Source: Alphaproteobacteria bacterium (GTDB taxonomy: Bacteria > Pseudomonadota > Alphaproteobacteria > CACIAM-22H2). Taken from it: DNA of 64,000 nt. A model generated the notes under the pieces. The model saw nothing but the letters and a program-made list of their open reading frames with translations. It made no database searches and was not told the DNA's origin. A program made the position numbers and the translations under genes. The stretch is taken from positions 734 through 64,733 of the forward strand of contig DATJPD010000114.1 of the NCBI GenBank assembly GCA_035506575.1. Reading direction: 5' to 3'. This document shows positions 8,544-17,220 of this stretch, one piece after another; the first letter of the stretch is position 1; the number at the start of each line of letters is the position of its first letter.

Positions 8544-10406
8544 ATGACTCGAAAAGCGCGGGAGTTCTGCATGCGTCGGGCCTTGATTGCGACTGCCTTA
8601 TCCACCGTCATCCTGGCGTTGGGTTCACCGTCATGGGCGGCGGATAAGCCGCACAACGTGATCCTGTTCGTCTCGGACGGCCTGCGCGCCCGCATGGTGG
8701 ATGCGCAGACGGCGCCGAACATGGCGGCGCTCCGCGACCAGGGGGTCGGGTTCAGCAACAGCCATGCCCTCTTTCCGACCTTCACGACCGCCAACGCCTC
8801 CGGCATGGCGACCGGCCATTACCTCGGCGACACGGGCGACTTCAGCAATACGATCTATGTCGGCTTCCCGGTGCAGCACGCCGGCGGGTCGGTCACGCCG
8901 TTCCTCGAGAACGATACGGTCATCGACGAGGTCGACGACCACTTCATGGGCAACTACCTCGACGAGATGACGATCCTCGCGGCGGCGCGCCAAAAGGGGC
9001 TCAGCACGGCGACCATCGGCAAGGTCGGTCCGGCGCTGATCTTCGATCCGACGAAGGATGCCCGCGTGCAGACGATCGTCATCGACGACGCGACCGGCAG
9101 CCCGGCCGGCGTTCCGGTCATGCCCGAGGTCGCACAGGCGATCGCCGCCGCCGGGCTTCCGGCGGCAGCCCCCTCGCGCGGCGCCAACGGCAATCCCGGA
9201 AATTCGACGACGCCGGGGACCAAGGCTGCCAATGTCGAGCAGCAGGCGTACTTCGCCAACGTGATGACGAAGGTCGTGCTGCCGATGTTCAAGGCGCGCA
9301 ACAAGCCGTTCGTCCTCGTGTTCTGGTCGCGCGACCCCGACGGCACGCAGCACTTCCAGGGCGACAGCCTCGATACGCTGACACCGGGAATCAACGGGCC
9401 CACCTCGCTCGCGGCGATCAAGAACGCCGACGACAATCTCGGCCAGATCCAGGCGGCGCTGATCTCGCTCGGCCTCGCCGACACCACCGACGTGATCGTC
9501 ACCGCCGACCACGGCTTCTCGACGATCTCGAAGGAGAGCAAGACGAGCCCGGCCGCGCGCGCGCATTACGGCGACGTGCTGCCGGAGCATCTGCCGGTGG
9601 GCTTCGTGGCGCTGGACATCGCGCAGGCGCTGGATCTGCCGTTGTTCGATCCGGACAACAAGAACGCCCAGGTCGGCGCCGAAGCGCACCCGAAGGCCGG
9701 CAACGGCCTGATCGGCAAGGATCCGACGCATCCTGACGTGGTCGTCGCCGCCAACGGCGGGTCCGATCTCGTGTATCTGCCGAAGAAGGACAAGGCGCTC
9801 GCGGCGCGCGTCGTCAAGGCGCTGATGGCGCAGGACTACGTGAGCGGCCTGTTCGTCGATGATTCGCTGGGCCACATCCCCGGCACGTTGCCGCTCTCCG
9901 CAATCAACATGCATGGGGCGGCGCGCACGCCTACGCCGGCGATCGCGATCAACTTCCGCACCTGGGACACTGGGTGCGGCGAGGTCACGCGCTGCGGCGT
10001 CGAGATTGCCGATACCGGGCTGCAGCAGGGCCAGGGCATGCATGGCAGCTTCAGCCGCGCCGACACGTTCAACTTCATGGCCGCGACCGGACCGGACTTC
10101 AAGCGGGGCTTCGCCGATCCGGCCCCCGTGAGCAATGCCGACCTGGGCAAGACCATCGCCAGGCTGATGAACCTCCACGTGCCGAACAAAGGCAAGCTCG
10201 TCGGTCGCGTCATCACCGAAGCGCTGCCCGGGGGCATGGTGCCCAAGTTCGACCACAAGAGCGTGGCATCGCTGCCCGGCCAGGAGGGCCTCAAGACCGT
10301 GCTCAACTATCAGACGGTCGGGCGGACCTTGTACTTCGACGCGGCGGGCTTCCCGGGCCGCACGCTCGGGCTGACGGCGCCCGGTTCGGTGGCGATGGCG
10401 AAGTAG
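8544..10406 (+). CDS. alkaline phosphatase family protein (type I phosphodiesterase/nucleotide pyrophosphatase-like), secreted
   Basis: Signal peptide and ILFVSDGLR metal-site motif. FPTFTTANASGMATGHY resembles the NPP T-F-P-N...TG nucleophile region. Alternative start is MRRALI at 8571. Confidence 0.65.
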   Translation: MTRKAREFCMRRALIATALSTVILALGSPSWAADKPHNVILFVSDGLRARMVDAQTAPNMAALRDQGVGFSNSHALFPTFTTANASGMATGHYLGDTGDFSNTIYVGFPVQHAGGSVTPFLENDTVIDEVDDHFMGNYLDEMTILAAARQKGLSTATIGKVGPALIFDPTKDARVQTIVIDDATGSPAGVPVMPEVAQAIAAAGLPAAAPSRGANGNPGNSTTPGTKAANVEQQAYFANVMTKVVLPMFKARNKPFVLVFWSRDPDGTQHFQGDSLDTLTPGINGPTSLAAIKNADDNLGQIQAALISLGLADTTDVIVTADHGFSTISKESKTSPAARAHYGDVLPEHLPVGFVALDIAQALDLPLFDPDNKNAQVGAEAHPKAGNGLIGKDPTHPDVVVAANGGSDLVYLPKKDKALAARVVKALMAQDYVSGLFVDDSLGHIPGTLPLSAINMHGAARTPTPAIAINFRTWDTGCGEVTRCGVEIADTGLQQGQGMHGSFSRADTFNFMAATGPDFKRGFADPAPVSNADLGKTIARLMNLHVPNKGKLVGRVITEALPGGMVPKFDHKSVASLPGQEGLKTVLNYQTVGRTLYFDAAGFPGRTLGLTAPGSVAMAK

Positions 10407-10409
10407 GGG

Positions 10410-11435
10410 TCAGGCAGGCCGCGCGGTCGAGCCGCGCACCACGAGCGCCGGCTCGAGCCTGATGTCGGCGCCGCGCGTCCCGGGCTCCTTAATACGCTCG
10501 AGCACCGCGCCAGCGGCGCGCATCCCCATTTCGTAGTGCTGGATCCGGACCGTGGTCAGCGGCGGGCTCACCTTGTCGACGAACGGCATGTCGTTGAAGC
10601 CGGTGATCGAGATGTCCTTGGGGCAGGAGAGGCCGCGCGCGTTCAGTGCGTCATAGGCGCCGAGCGCCAGCAGGTCGTTGCCGGTCACCACGGCGGTGAA
10701 CTTCTTGCCGCGGTCGAGGAGCGTCAGCATGGCGCGCTCGCCGGCGTGCTCGCTGAACGCCTCGGCGACGACGATCAGCGCCGGCTGGCGTTCGAGCCCG
10801 ACCGAGTCCATGGCCGCGATAAAGCCGCGATGTCGCTCATATCCGGTCGACAGATGCAGGGGACCGGCAATATGGGCGATGCGCTTGTGCCCGAGGCCGG
10901 CGAGATGCGCGACCGTGAGCGCGATGCCCGCCGCATCGTCGGTCACGACGGAGATCGCCCGCCCGGTGCTCTTGGTCGTCCGGTTGATCAAGACGAGCGG
11001 GATGTCCTCGGCCACGCAGCGGTCGATGGTCGGGTCCTTGCGCTGGGCCGTCGCCAGGATGAATCCATCCACGCGGCGGGCCAGCATTCCCTCCAGGATG
11101 AGATTGGCCCGGTCCGCCGCCCCGTCGGTATTGGCGATCATGGCGGTGTAGCCGGCCGCCGCCAGCCCATCCTCGATGCCGCGCAGGATGGGCGGAAAGA
11201 CCGGATTGGTGATATCGGGGATCAGAACCCCGATGGTATTGGACCGCCGCGTCCGGAGGCTGTGGGCCAGGGCATTCGGATGATACCCGAGGGCCCGCGT
11301 CGCCTCGATCACGCGCTGCGCGATCTCGGCCGTAACCATATGACGGGTATTGGCATTTAGCACCCGCGAGACCGTCGATGGGTGCACCCCCACGGCATTC
11401 GCCACGTCGTGAATGGTGACCTTCGCGCGCGCCAT
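10410..11435 (-). CDS. LacI family transcriptional regulator
   Basis: HTH MARAKVTIHDVANAVGVHPSTVSRVLN plus a periplasmic-binding-fold effector domain. Start was moved to 11435. The 11549 ORF start would swallow palindromic operator-like sites. Confidence 0.85.
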   Translation of the reverse strand: MARAKVTIHDVANAVGVHPSTVSRVLNANTRHMVTAEIAQRVIEATRALGYHPNALAHSLRTRRSNTIGVLIPDITNPVFPPILRGIEDGLAAAGYTAMIANTDGAADRANLILEGMLARRVDGFILATAQRKDPTIDRCVAEDIPLVLINRTTKSTGRAISVVTDDAAGIALTVAHLAGLGHKRIAHIAGPLHLSTGYERHRGFIAAMDSVGLERQPALIVVAEAFSEHAGERAMLTLLDRGKKFTAVVTGNDLLALGAYDALNARGLSCPKDISITGFNDMPFVDKVSPPLTTVRIQHYEMGMRAAGAVLERIKEPGTRGADIRLEPALVVRGSTARPA

Positions 11436-11532
11436 CGGCGCGACGATAGAGACCAGGGTCCCTGGTGACAAGGCGCCGCACCTTGGCGGGCCGGCCAACG
11501 GTTGCGATTTTTCCTCAAATCCATTACAAGTC

Positions 11533-11579
11533 TGCAATCGATTGTGCAATCGTTTGCATAGAGGATTGCGACGATTGCA
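11533..11579. promoter_or_regulatory. cluster of palindromic LacI-type operator-like sites in the divergent LacI / dehydrogenase promoter region
   Basis: tgcaatcgattgtgca, tgcaatcgtttgca and ttgcgacgattgca each contain the near-palindromic core TGCAA-CG-TTGCA. Confidence 0.45.
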
Positions 11580-11612
11580 CGGCGGGTTTCACGAACCGGA
11601 AGCGGGGCTCGA

Positions 11613-12560
11613 ATGGCGGCGGTAAAGACGGCAGTAAAAGTCGGCACACACACGCTCGGCTGGATCGGCACCGGCCGCATGGGCTTTCCGATGGCGGCGC
11701 GCCTGGCCAAGGCGGGCGGCAACCTCGCCGCTTACAACCGTACGCGCGCCAAGGCCGAGCCGCTGGCCGACTATGGGGCGACGATCGTCGACAGCCCGGC
11801 GGACCTCGCGGACCGCGACATCGTGTTCACGATGGTCAGCGCCTCGGATGATCTGCTCGAGGTGACGCTCGGCGCCAAGGGTGTGCTGTCGCGAAACAAG
11901 GTGCCGAACATCCTGATCGACTGCTCGACCGTGTCCGAGGAAGCCTCGGCCCAGGTGCGATCGGAAGCCACCAAGCGCGGCGTTCAGTTCCTCGCCGCAC
12001 CCGTCAGCGGCAACGGCAAGGTGGTGAAGGCGGGCCTGCTCAGCGTCGTGGTCTCGGGCCCCAAGGACGCGTTCGAGACGGCGCGGCCCTATCTCGAAGC
12101 GCTCGGCACCGGCGCCAGCTATGTCGGCGACGGCGAAGCCGCGCGCCTGATGAAGATCTGCCACAACGTTCTTCTCGGCGTGACGATCCAGGCGCTGGTC
12201 GAGATCACCGTCCTGGCGGAGAAGGCGGGCGTGAAGCGGCACGCCTTCCTCGAGTTCATCAACAAGAGCGTCATGGGCTCGATGTTCACGCGCTACAAGA
12301 CGCCGTCCCTGGTCAATCTCGACTTCACGCCGACGTTCACGCCGCCGCTGCTGCGCAAGGACATGGATCTGGGCCTCGCCGCGGCGCACAAGCTGGGCGT
12401 GCCGATGCATCTCGCCTCGACCGCGCGGGAGATCATTCAGAGCGTCATCGGCCACGGTCACGTGACCGACGACTTTGCGACATTGCTCTTGCTTCAGGCC
12501 GAAAACTCAGGCATCGACGTCACTCCGGAGAACGTGAAAGTCAGCGACGGCCTGTCGTAA
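11613..12560 (+). CDS. NAD(P)-dependent beta-hydroxyacid dehydrogenase (3-hydroxyisobutyrate/tartronate-semialdehyde reductase family)
   Basis: GWIGTGRMGFPMAARL dinucleotide fold, 6PGD-like C-terminal domain, ~300 aa. Confidence 0.75.
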   Translation: MAAVKTAVKVGTHTLGWIGTGRMGFPMAARLAKAGGNLAAYNRTRAKAEPLADYGATIVDSPADLADRDIVFTMVSASDDLLEVTLGAKGVLSRNKVPNILIDCSTVSEEASAQVRSEATKRGVQFLAAPVSGNGKVVKAGLLSVVVSGPKDAFETARPYLEALGTGASYVGDGEAARLMKICHNVLLGVTIQALVEITVLAEKAGVKRHAFLEFINKSVMGSMFTRYKTPSLVNLDFTPTFTPPLLRKDMDLGLAAAHKLGVPMHLASTAREIIQSVIGHGHVTDDFATLLLLQAENSGIDVTPENVKVSDGLS

Positions 12561-12600
12561 AAAGGGCCGCGCAGACAGCATTTCGGCGACAGAGGAGGAG

Positions 12601-13578
12601 ATGGCGATGAAGTTCGTGAAGGCCGCGCTTGTTGCGGCGACGCTGGCATTTGCGGCGGCCCCGGTCTGGGCGCAGTCCTATCCCGATCATCCGGTCCGTG
12701 TGACGGCGGCATTTCCGCCGGGAAGCGGTGTCGACATCGTCGCCCGCATCGTCTCGGACAAGCTGAACCAGGTCCTGAACCAGCCGTTCGTGGTCGAGAA
12801 CCGGGTCGGCGCCGGCGGCACGATCGCCGAGGCATTGGTCGCCAAGTCAGCCCCCGATGGCTACACCGTGCTGGTCAACTCGTCCTCGCACAGCGCCAAT
12901 TCCCTTCTCTATGCAAACCTGTCCTATGACCCGCTGACCGACCTCGTTGCGGTGTCTCCGCTCGCGATCCTGCCCAACGTGCTCGTGGTGGACGCGAACA
13001 ACACCAAAGGCCTCGATTCCGTGGCCAAGCTCGTGGCCTACGGCAAGGCGCATCCCGGGCAGCTCACCTACGCCTCGGCCGGGGTGGGCAGCGCCACCCA
13101 CATGAACGACGAGAAGTTCCGCATTCGCGCCGGCATCGAGGCGGTCCACGTGCCGTTCAAGGGCACGCCCGAAGCGATGAGCGACATCATGGCGGGGCGG
13201 GTCGATTACATGTTCACCCCGATCGTCTCGGCCATCTCGCTGATCAAGTCGGGGAAGCTCAAGGCACTGTCGGTGGCGGCTGCACAGCGCTCGCCGGAGC
13301 TGCCTGACGTGCCGACCACAACCGAGGCGGGCGTGGCGGATTCAGATTACGTGTTCTGGGTGGCGATGCTGGCGCCTGCCAAGACGCCGCCGGCCGTGAT
13401 CGACAAGCTGAACGAGACAGTCGCCAAGGTGCTGGCGTTGCCCGACGTCAAAGAAAAGCTGGGGGCCCTCGGGGCGACCCCGTACGTGATGAAGCCCGCC
13501 GCGTTCCAAGCGGTCATCCAAAAAGAGTTCACCGAGAACACCGAGCTCGTCAAAAAGGCGGGCATCAAGGCGAACTAA
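12601..13578 (+). CDS. Bug/TctC family substrate-binding protein
   Basis: Signal peptide. PPGSGVDIVARIV, GYTVLVNSSSHS, QLTYASAGVGSATH. Confidence 0.85.
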   Translation: MAMKFVKAALVAATLAFAAAPVWAQSYPDHPVRVTAAFPPGSGVDIVARIVSDKLNQVLNQPFVVENRVGAGGTIAEALVAKSAPDGYTVLVNSSSHSANSLLYANLSYDPLTDLVAVSPLAILPNVLVVDANNTKGLDSVAKLVAYGKAHPGQLTYASAGVGSATHMNDEKFRIRAGIEAVHVPFKGTPEAMSDIMAGRVDYMFTPIVSAISLIKSGKLKALSVAAAQRSPELPDVPTTTEAGVADSDYVFWVAMLAPAKTPPAVIDKLNETVAKVLALPDVKEKLGALGATPYVMKPAAFQAVIQKEFTENTELVKKAGIKAN

Positions 13579-13737
13579 GCCCGGGTCTTCGGCGGCCTGA
13601 GGTGCATGCCCACGGGCCGAACACGCATCGCATTCATGGCTAAAATTTGATCAGGGTCTCGCAGGAGACCCTGATCCCTGCCTTCTCTTTGGGCGACAGC
13701 GGCTGATTAATGCAGCAGCCGCACATGCCTTGGGGTT

Positions 13738-13753
13738 TGGCACGACTCTCGCA
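13738..13753 (+). promoter_or_regulatory. candidate sigma-54 (-24/-12) promoter upstream of urtA
   Basis: TGGCACGactcTCGCA fits TGGCAC-N5-TTGCA with one mismatch. It lies ~65 bp upstream of the urtA GTG. Confidence 0.45.
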
Positions 13754-13816
13754 CTGAGTCCTCTGCCGCGGCCATTCGGACCGGCGGTCAGGGCAACCAG
13801 GGAGAGGAGATCCATA

Positions 13817-15115
13817 GTGTTCAAAACGAGATTTGCGCGCGCCATCGCGGCCACTGCGATGGTCGCGGGCGTCGCCGGCTTTACTGCCGCGGCACAGGCC
13901 CAGGACAAGCCGCCGATCAAGGTCGGCGTGCTGCATTCGCTGTCGGGCACGATGGCGATCAGCGAGACCACCCTCAAGGACACGGTCCTGATGATGGTGG
14001 ATGACCTCAACAAGAAGGGCGGGCTGCTGGGCCGCAAGGTCGAGGCGGTGGTCGTCGACCCTGCGTCGAACTGGCCGCTGTTCGCCGAGAAGGCGCGTGA
14101 GCTCCTCACCAAGGACAAGGTTGACGTGGTGTTCGGCTGCTGGACCTCGGTGTCCCGCAAGTCGGTGCTGCCGGTGTTCGAGGAGTTGAACGGCCTGTTG
14201 TTCTACCCCGTGCAGTACGAGGGCGAGGAAAGCTCGAACGACGTCTTCTACACGGGTGCGGCCCCCAACCAGCAGGCGATCCCGGCGGTTGAGTATCTGA
14301 TGGGTGCCGAAGGCGGCAACGTGAAGCGCTGGGTGCTCGAGGGCACCGACTACGTCTATCCGCGTACGACCAACAAGATCCTCGAGGCCTTCCTCAAGGC
14401 CAAGGGCGTGGCGCCGGCGGACATCATGATCAACTACACGCCGTTCGGCTTCTCCGACTGGCAGACCGAGGTGTCGAAGATCAAGCAGTTCGCCTCGGCT
14501 GGCAAGAAGACGGCGGTGGTGTCGACGATCAACGGCGATGCCAATGTGCCGTTCTACAAGGAGCTGGCGAACCAGGGCATCAAGGCCTCGGACATCCCGG
14601 TGGTCGCGTTCTCGGTCGGTGAGGAAGAGCTCGCCGGCATCGACACCAAGAACCTCGTCGGCCATCTCGCCGCGTGGAACTACTTCGAATCGATCAAGAA
14701 CCCGACGAACGAGGCGTTCATCAAGGAGTGGCACGCCTACATCAAGGATCCGAAGCGCACCACCAACGATCCGATGGAAGCGACCTATATCGGCTTCAAG
14801 ATGTGGGAGCAGGCGGTGCTGCAGGCCGGCACGACGGACGTCAACGCCGTCCGCCAGGCGATGTACGGCCAGAAGGTGCAGGCGCCGTCGGGCTTCATCG
14901 CGACGATGAACACCAACCATCACCTGTCGAAGCCGGTCTATATCGGTGAGATCCGGCCGGACGGGCAGTTCAACGTCGTGTGGAAGACCAAGGGCCCGAT
15001 CAAGGCGGATGCCTGGTCGAAGTACATTCCCGAAAGCGCCAAGCTGACCGCGGATTGGACGTTCCCGTGGGTGTGCGGCAACTGCGAGAAGCCGAAGTAC
15101 AAAAGCTACGAGTAA
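13817..15115 (+). CDS. urtA: urea ABC transporter substrate-binding protein
   Basis: GTG start preceded by GGAGAGGAG. Signal peptide, Leu/Ile/Val-binding-protein fold with UrtA-typical N-terminus (KVGVLHSLSGTMAISE...). Followed by urtBCDE. Confidence 0.9.
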   Translation: MFKTRFARAIAATAMVAGVAGFTAAAQAQDKPPIKVGVLHSLSGTMAISETTLKDTVLMMVDDLNKKGGLLGRKVEAVVVDPASNWPLFAEKARELLTKDKVDVVFGCWTSVSRKSVLPVFEELNGLLFYPVQYEGEESSNDVFYTGAAPNQQAIPAVEYLMGAEGGNVKRWVLEGTDYVYPRTTNKILEAFLKAKGVAPADIMINYTPFGFSDWQTEVSKIKQFASAGKKTAVVSTINGDANVPFYKELANQGIKASDIPVVAFSVGEEELAGIDTKNLVGHLAAWNYFESIKNPTNEAFIKEWHAYIKDPKRTTNDPMEATYIGFKMWEQAVLQAGTTDVNAVRQAMYGQKVQAPSGFIATMNTNHHLSKPVYIGEIRPDGQFNVVWKTKGPIKADAWSKYIPESAKLTADWTFPWVCGNCEKPKYKSYE

Positions 15116-15132
15116 GTACCGAGCGGAAGCGG

Positions 15133-15175
15133 CGGGTCCGTCTGCCTCCGGCAGGCGGTCCCGCTCTTCTCTCGA
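15133..15175 (+). terminator. GC-rich stem-loop followed by T-rich tract (putative attenuator/terminator between urtA and urtB)
   Basis: CGGGTCCGTCTGCC-tcc-GGCAGGCGGTCCCG is a 14-bp stem with one mismatch and one G-U pair, then ctcttctctc. Confidence 0.45.
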
Positions 15176-15195
15176 TGCCCGCTCTTCTCTCGATG
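15160..15195 (+). repeat. exact 18-bp tandem duplication (cccgctcttctctcgatg x2)
   Basis: Seen directly in the sequence in the urtA-urtB spacer. Confidence 0.9.
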
Positions 15196-15236
15196 AACGG
15201 GCACGACTGGGACGACGAACAAGAAGAAGACGATCG

Positions 15237-17219
15237 ATGAATTCAGGCCGGCAGGACAGAGGGGCAGGGCGCCTTGCACGTCTTCTGACGGCGGCGGCGG
15301 TGGTGATCGCCGGTCTCTTCCTGGCGGCGGCCGTGCTGTCATCGGCGCGCGCCGACGATCTCTCGGACGCGCTTGGCGGCCTGACCGACCCGGACCCGAA
15401 GCCAGCCATCGAATCTCTCATCCATCTCGACGACCCCAAGGCGAAGGCAGCACTCCAGGCCTTGTCCAAAGGCCTCCTGTTCCAGCGCAATGCGGATGGC
15501 GCCGTCGTCATTGGTGAAAAAGACGGCGAGATGTACGTCGTAACGAACGCGGCGACCGGGCAAGTCGAAGACGAGGCCAAGGCCGACGACCTGACGCCGA
15601 TCGCGCTCGACGACGCGGCGAGGGCCTTGCTGGGCGGCCCCGGCACCGTTGCCGCGGCCGGGGAGACGAAGCCGCTCGATTTTGCCGGTGCGGTCAACCA
15701 GCTCAACGCCGACTCCTTTGAGGACAAAGGCAAGGCCATCCAGGTGCTGACGGCGTTGGGCGACGAGCGCGCTATCCCGGTCCTGCAGGCGTTGAGCGAC
15801 GGGCGCCTGTTCATCCGGCACTCGGACGGCGCGACGGTCATCGGCGATCGCAGCGGCAATCAGCTCCGGCTGACCCTGGCGACGACCCTTGCTCCCGCGG
15901 GATTCGCCACGGCCGCCGATGTCGACCCGATGGTCATCAACAACAATCTGCGCAATGTCGTGCAGGAGGCGGTGGGCAAGCTTGGGTTGGTCAGCTCGAG
16001 CGCCAGCCAGCGCCTGCAGGCGGCCGAAGCGCTGCTGGACAGCGCCGCCCCGGAGACGGTCGGCCTGCTGCGTGACGCCTATGGCAAGGAGACTGATCCG
16101 CAGGTCAAGGCGGCGATGGACGTGGCCCTTGCCGCCGCCGACCTTGGCGATCCGGACAAGGCGAAGCGGATCGCCGCGGCGCGCGTGCTGTCCGGCTCAC
16201 CCGAGTTGCGGGTCCGTTCGGTGCTCGAGGCGCGGCTGACGGCAGAGTCCGATCCTGATGTGAAAGCCGCGCTCAGGTCGGCGGTCGATGCCGTGCAGCG
16301 CCGCCTGACCATCGCCGGCTACGGCTCCAGTCTCTTCGAGGGGATCAGCCTCGGCAGCGTGCTGCTTCTGGCAGCGATCGGCCTGGCCATCACCTTTGGC
16401 GTAATGGGCGTCATCAACATGGCGCATGGCGAGATGATCATGCTGGGCGCCTATTCGGCGTTTGTGGTGCAGGAGATCTTCCGCGCCTACCTGCCGCCGG
16501 GCTGGATCAATGCCTACCTTCTGGTGTCGGTGCCGGTCGGCTTCCTGGTCGCAGCTGCGTTCGGGATCGCGCTCGAGCGGACGGTGATCCGGTTCCTCTA
16601 TGGCCGCCCCCTGGAGACCTTGCTGTCGACCTGGGGCATCAGCCTCATCCTCCAGCAGATGGTACGCACGGTCTTCGGCGCACCCAACAAGGAGGTCGCG
16701 AACCCGTCATGGATGACCGGCGGGTTCAACGTCACCGGCGGCTTCTTCGTCACCTGGAACCGGCTCTATATCATCGTCTTCTGCTTCGCGGTGCTGGGCG
16801 CCATCGCCCTCGTACTTCGCAAGACCGCATTCGGGCTGCACATGCGCGCGGTCACCCAGAACCGCGACATGGCGGCGGCCATGGGCATCGCCACGGCGCG
16901 CATCGACGCGCTGACCTTCGGCCTCGGCTCCGGCATCGCGGGCATGGCGGGGGTGGCGCTCAGCCAGATCGGCAACGTGAGTCCTAACCTCGGTACCATC
17001 TACATCGTCGACAGCTTCATGGTCGTCGTGTTCGGGGGCGTCGGCAACCTGATGGGAACCCTGGTCGGTGCCATGACCTTGGGGATCGTCAACAAGTTCC
17101 TCGAGCCGTTCGCGGGTGCGGTGCTCGGCAAGGTCGCTGTCCTCGTGTTCATCATCCTGTTCATCCAGAAACGGCCGCGCGGCCTGTTCGCGTTGCGCGG
17201 CCGGGCGGCAGAGACCTGA
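15237..17219 (+). CDS. urtB: urea ABC transporter permease, long form with ~330-aa N-terminal periplasmic extension
   Basis: C-terminal branched-chain-permease domain (LGSVLLLAAIGLAITFGVMGVINMAHGE...). The N-terminal domain has a signal-anchor and an internal duplication. Confidence 0.85.
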   Translation: MNSGRQDRGAGRLARLLTAAAVVIAGLFLAAAVLSSARADDLSDALGGLTDPDPKPAIESLIHLDDPKAKAALQALSKGLLFQRNADGAVVIGEKDGEMYVVTNAATGQVEDEAKADDLTPIALDDAARALLGGPGTVAAAGETKPLDFAGAVNQLNADSFEDKGKAIQVLTALGDERAIPVLQALSDGRLFIRHSDGATVIGDRSGNQLRLTLATTLAPAGFATAADVDPMVINNNLRNVVQEAVGKLGLVSSSASQRLQAAEALLDSAAPETVGLLRDAYGKETDPQVKAAMDVALAAADLGDPDKAKRIAAARVLSGSPELRVRSVLEARLTAESDPDVKAALRSAVDAVQRRLTIAGYGSSLFEGISLGSVLLLAAIGLAITFGVMGVINMAHGEMIMLGAYSAFVVQEIFRAYLPPGWINAYLLVSVPVGFLVAAAFGIALERTVIRFLYGRPLETLLSTWGISLILQQMVRTVFGAPNKEVANPSWMTGGFNVTGGFFVTWNRLYIIVFCFAVLGAIALVLRKTAFGLHMRAVTQNRDMAAAMGIATARIDALTFGLGSGIAGMAGVALSQIGNVSPNLGTIYIVDSFMVVVFGGVGNLMGTLVGAMTLGIVNKFLEPFAGAVLGKVAVLVFIILFIQKRPRGLFALRGRAAET

Positions 17220-17220
17220 G

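Noticed and set aside
10410-11549. 379-aa version of the LacI regulator
   Set aside because: The 38-codon N-terminal extension lacks HTH homology and would cover the palindromic operator sites. The HTH begins at MARAKV (11435).
13640-15859. 739-aa minus-strand ORF
   Set aside because: Entirely antisense to urtA/urtB, which have unambiguous homology. An artefact of 67% GC.
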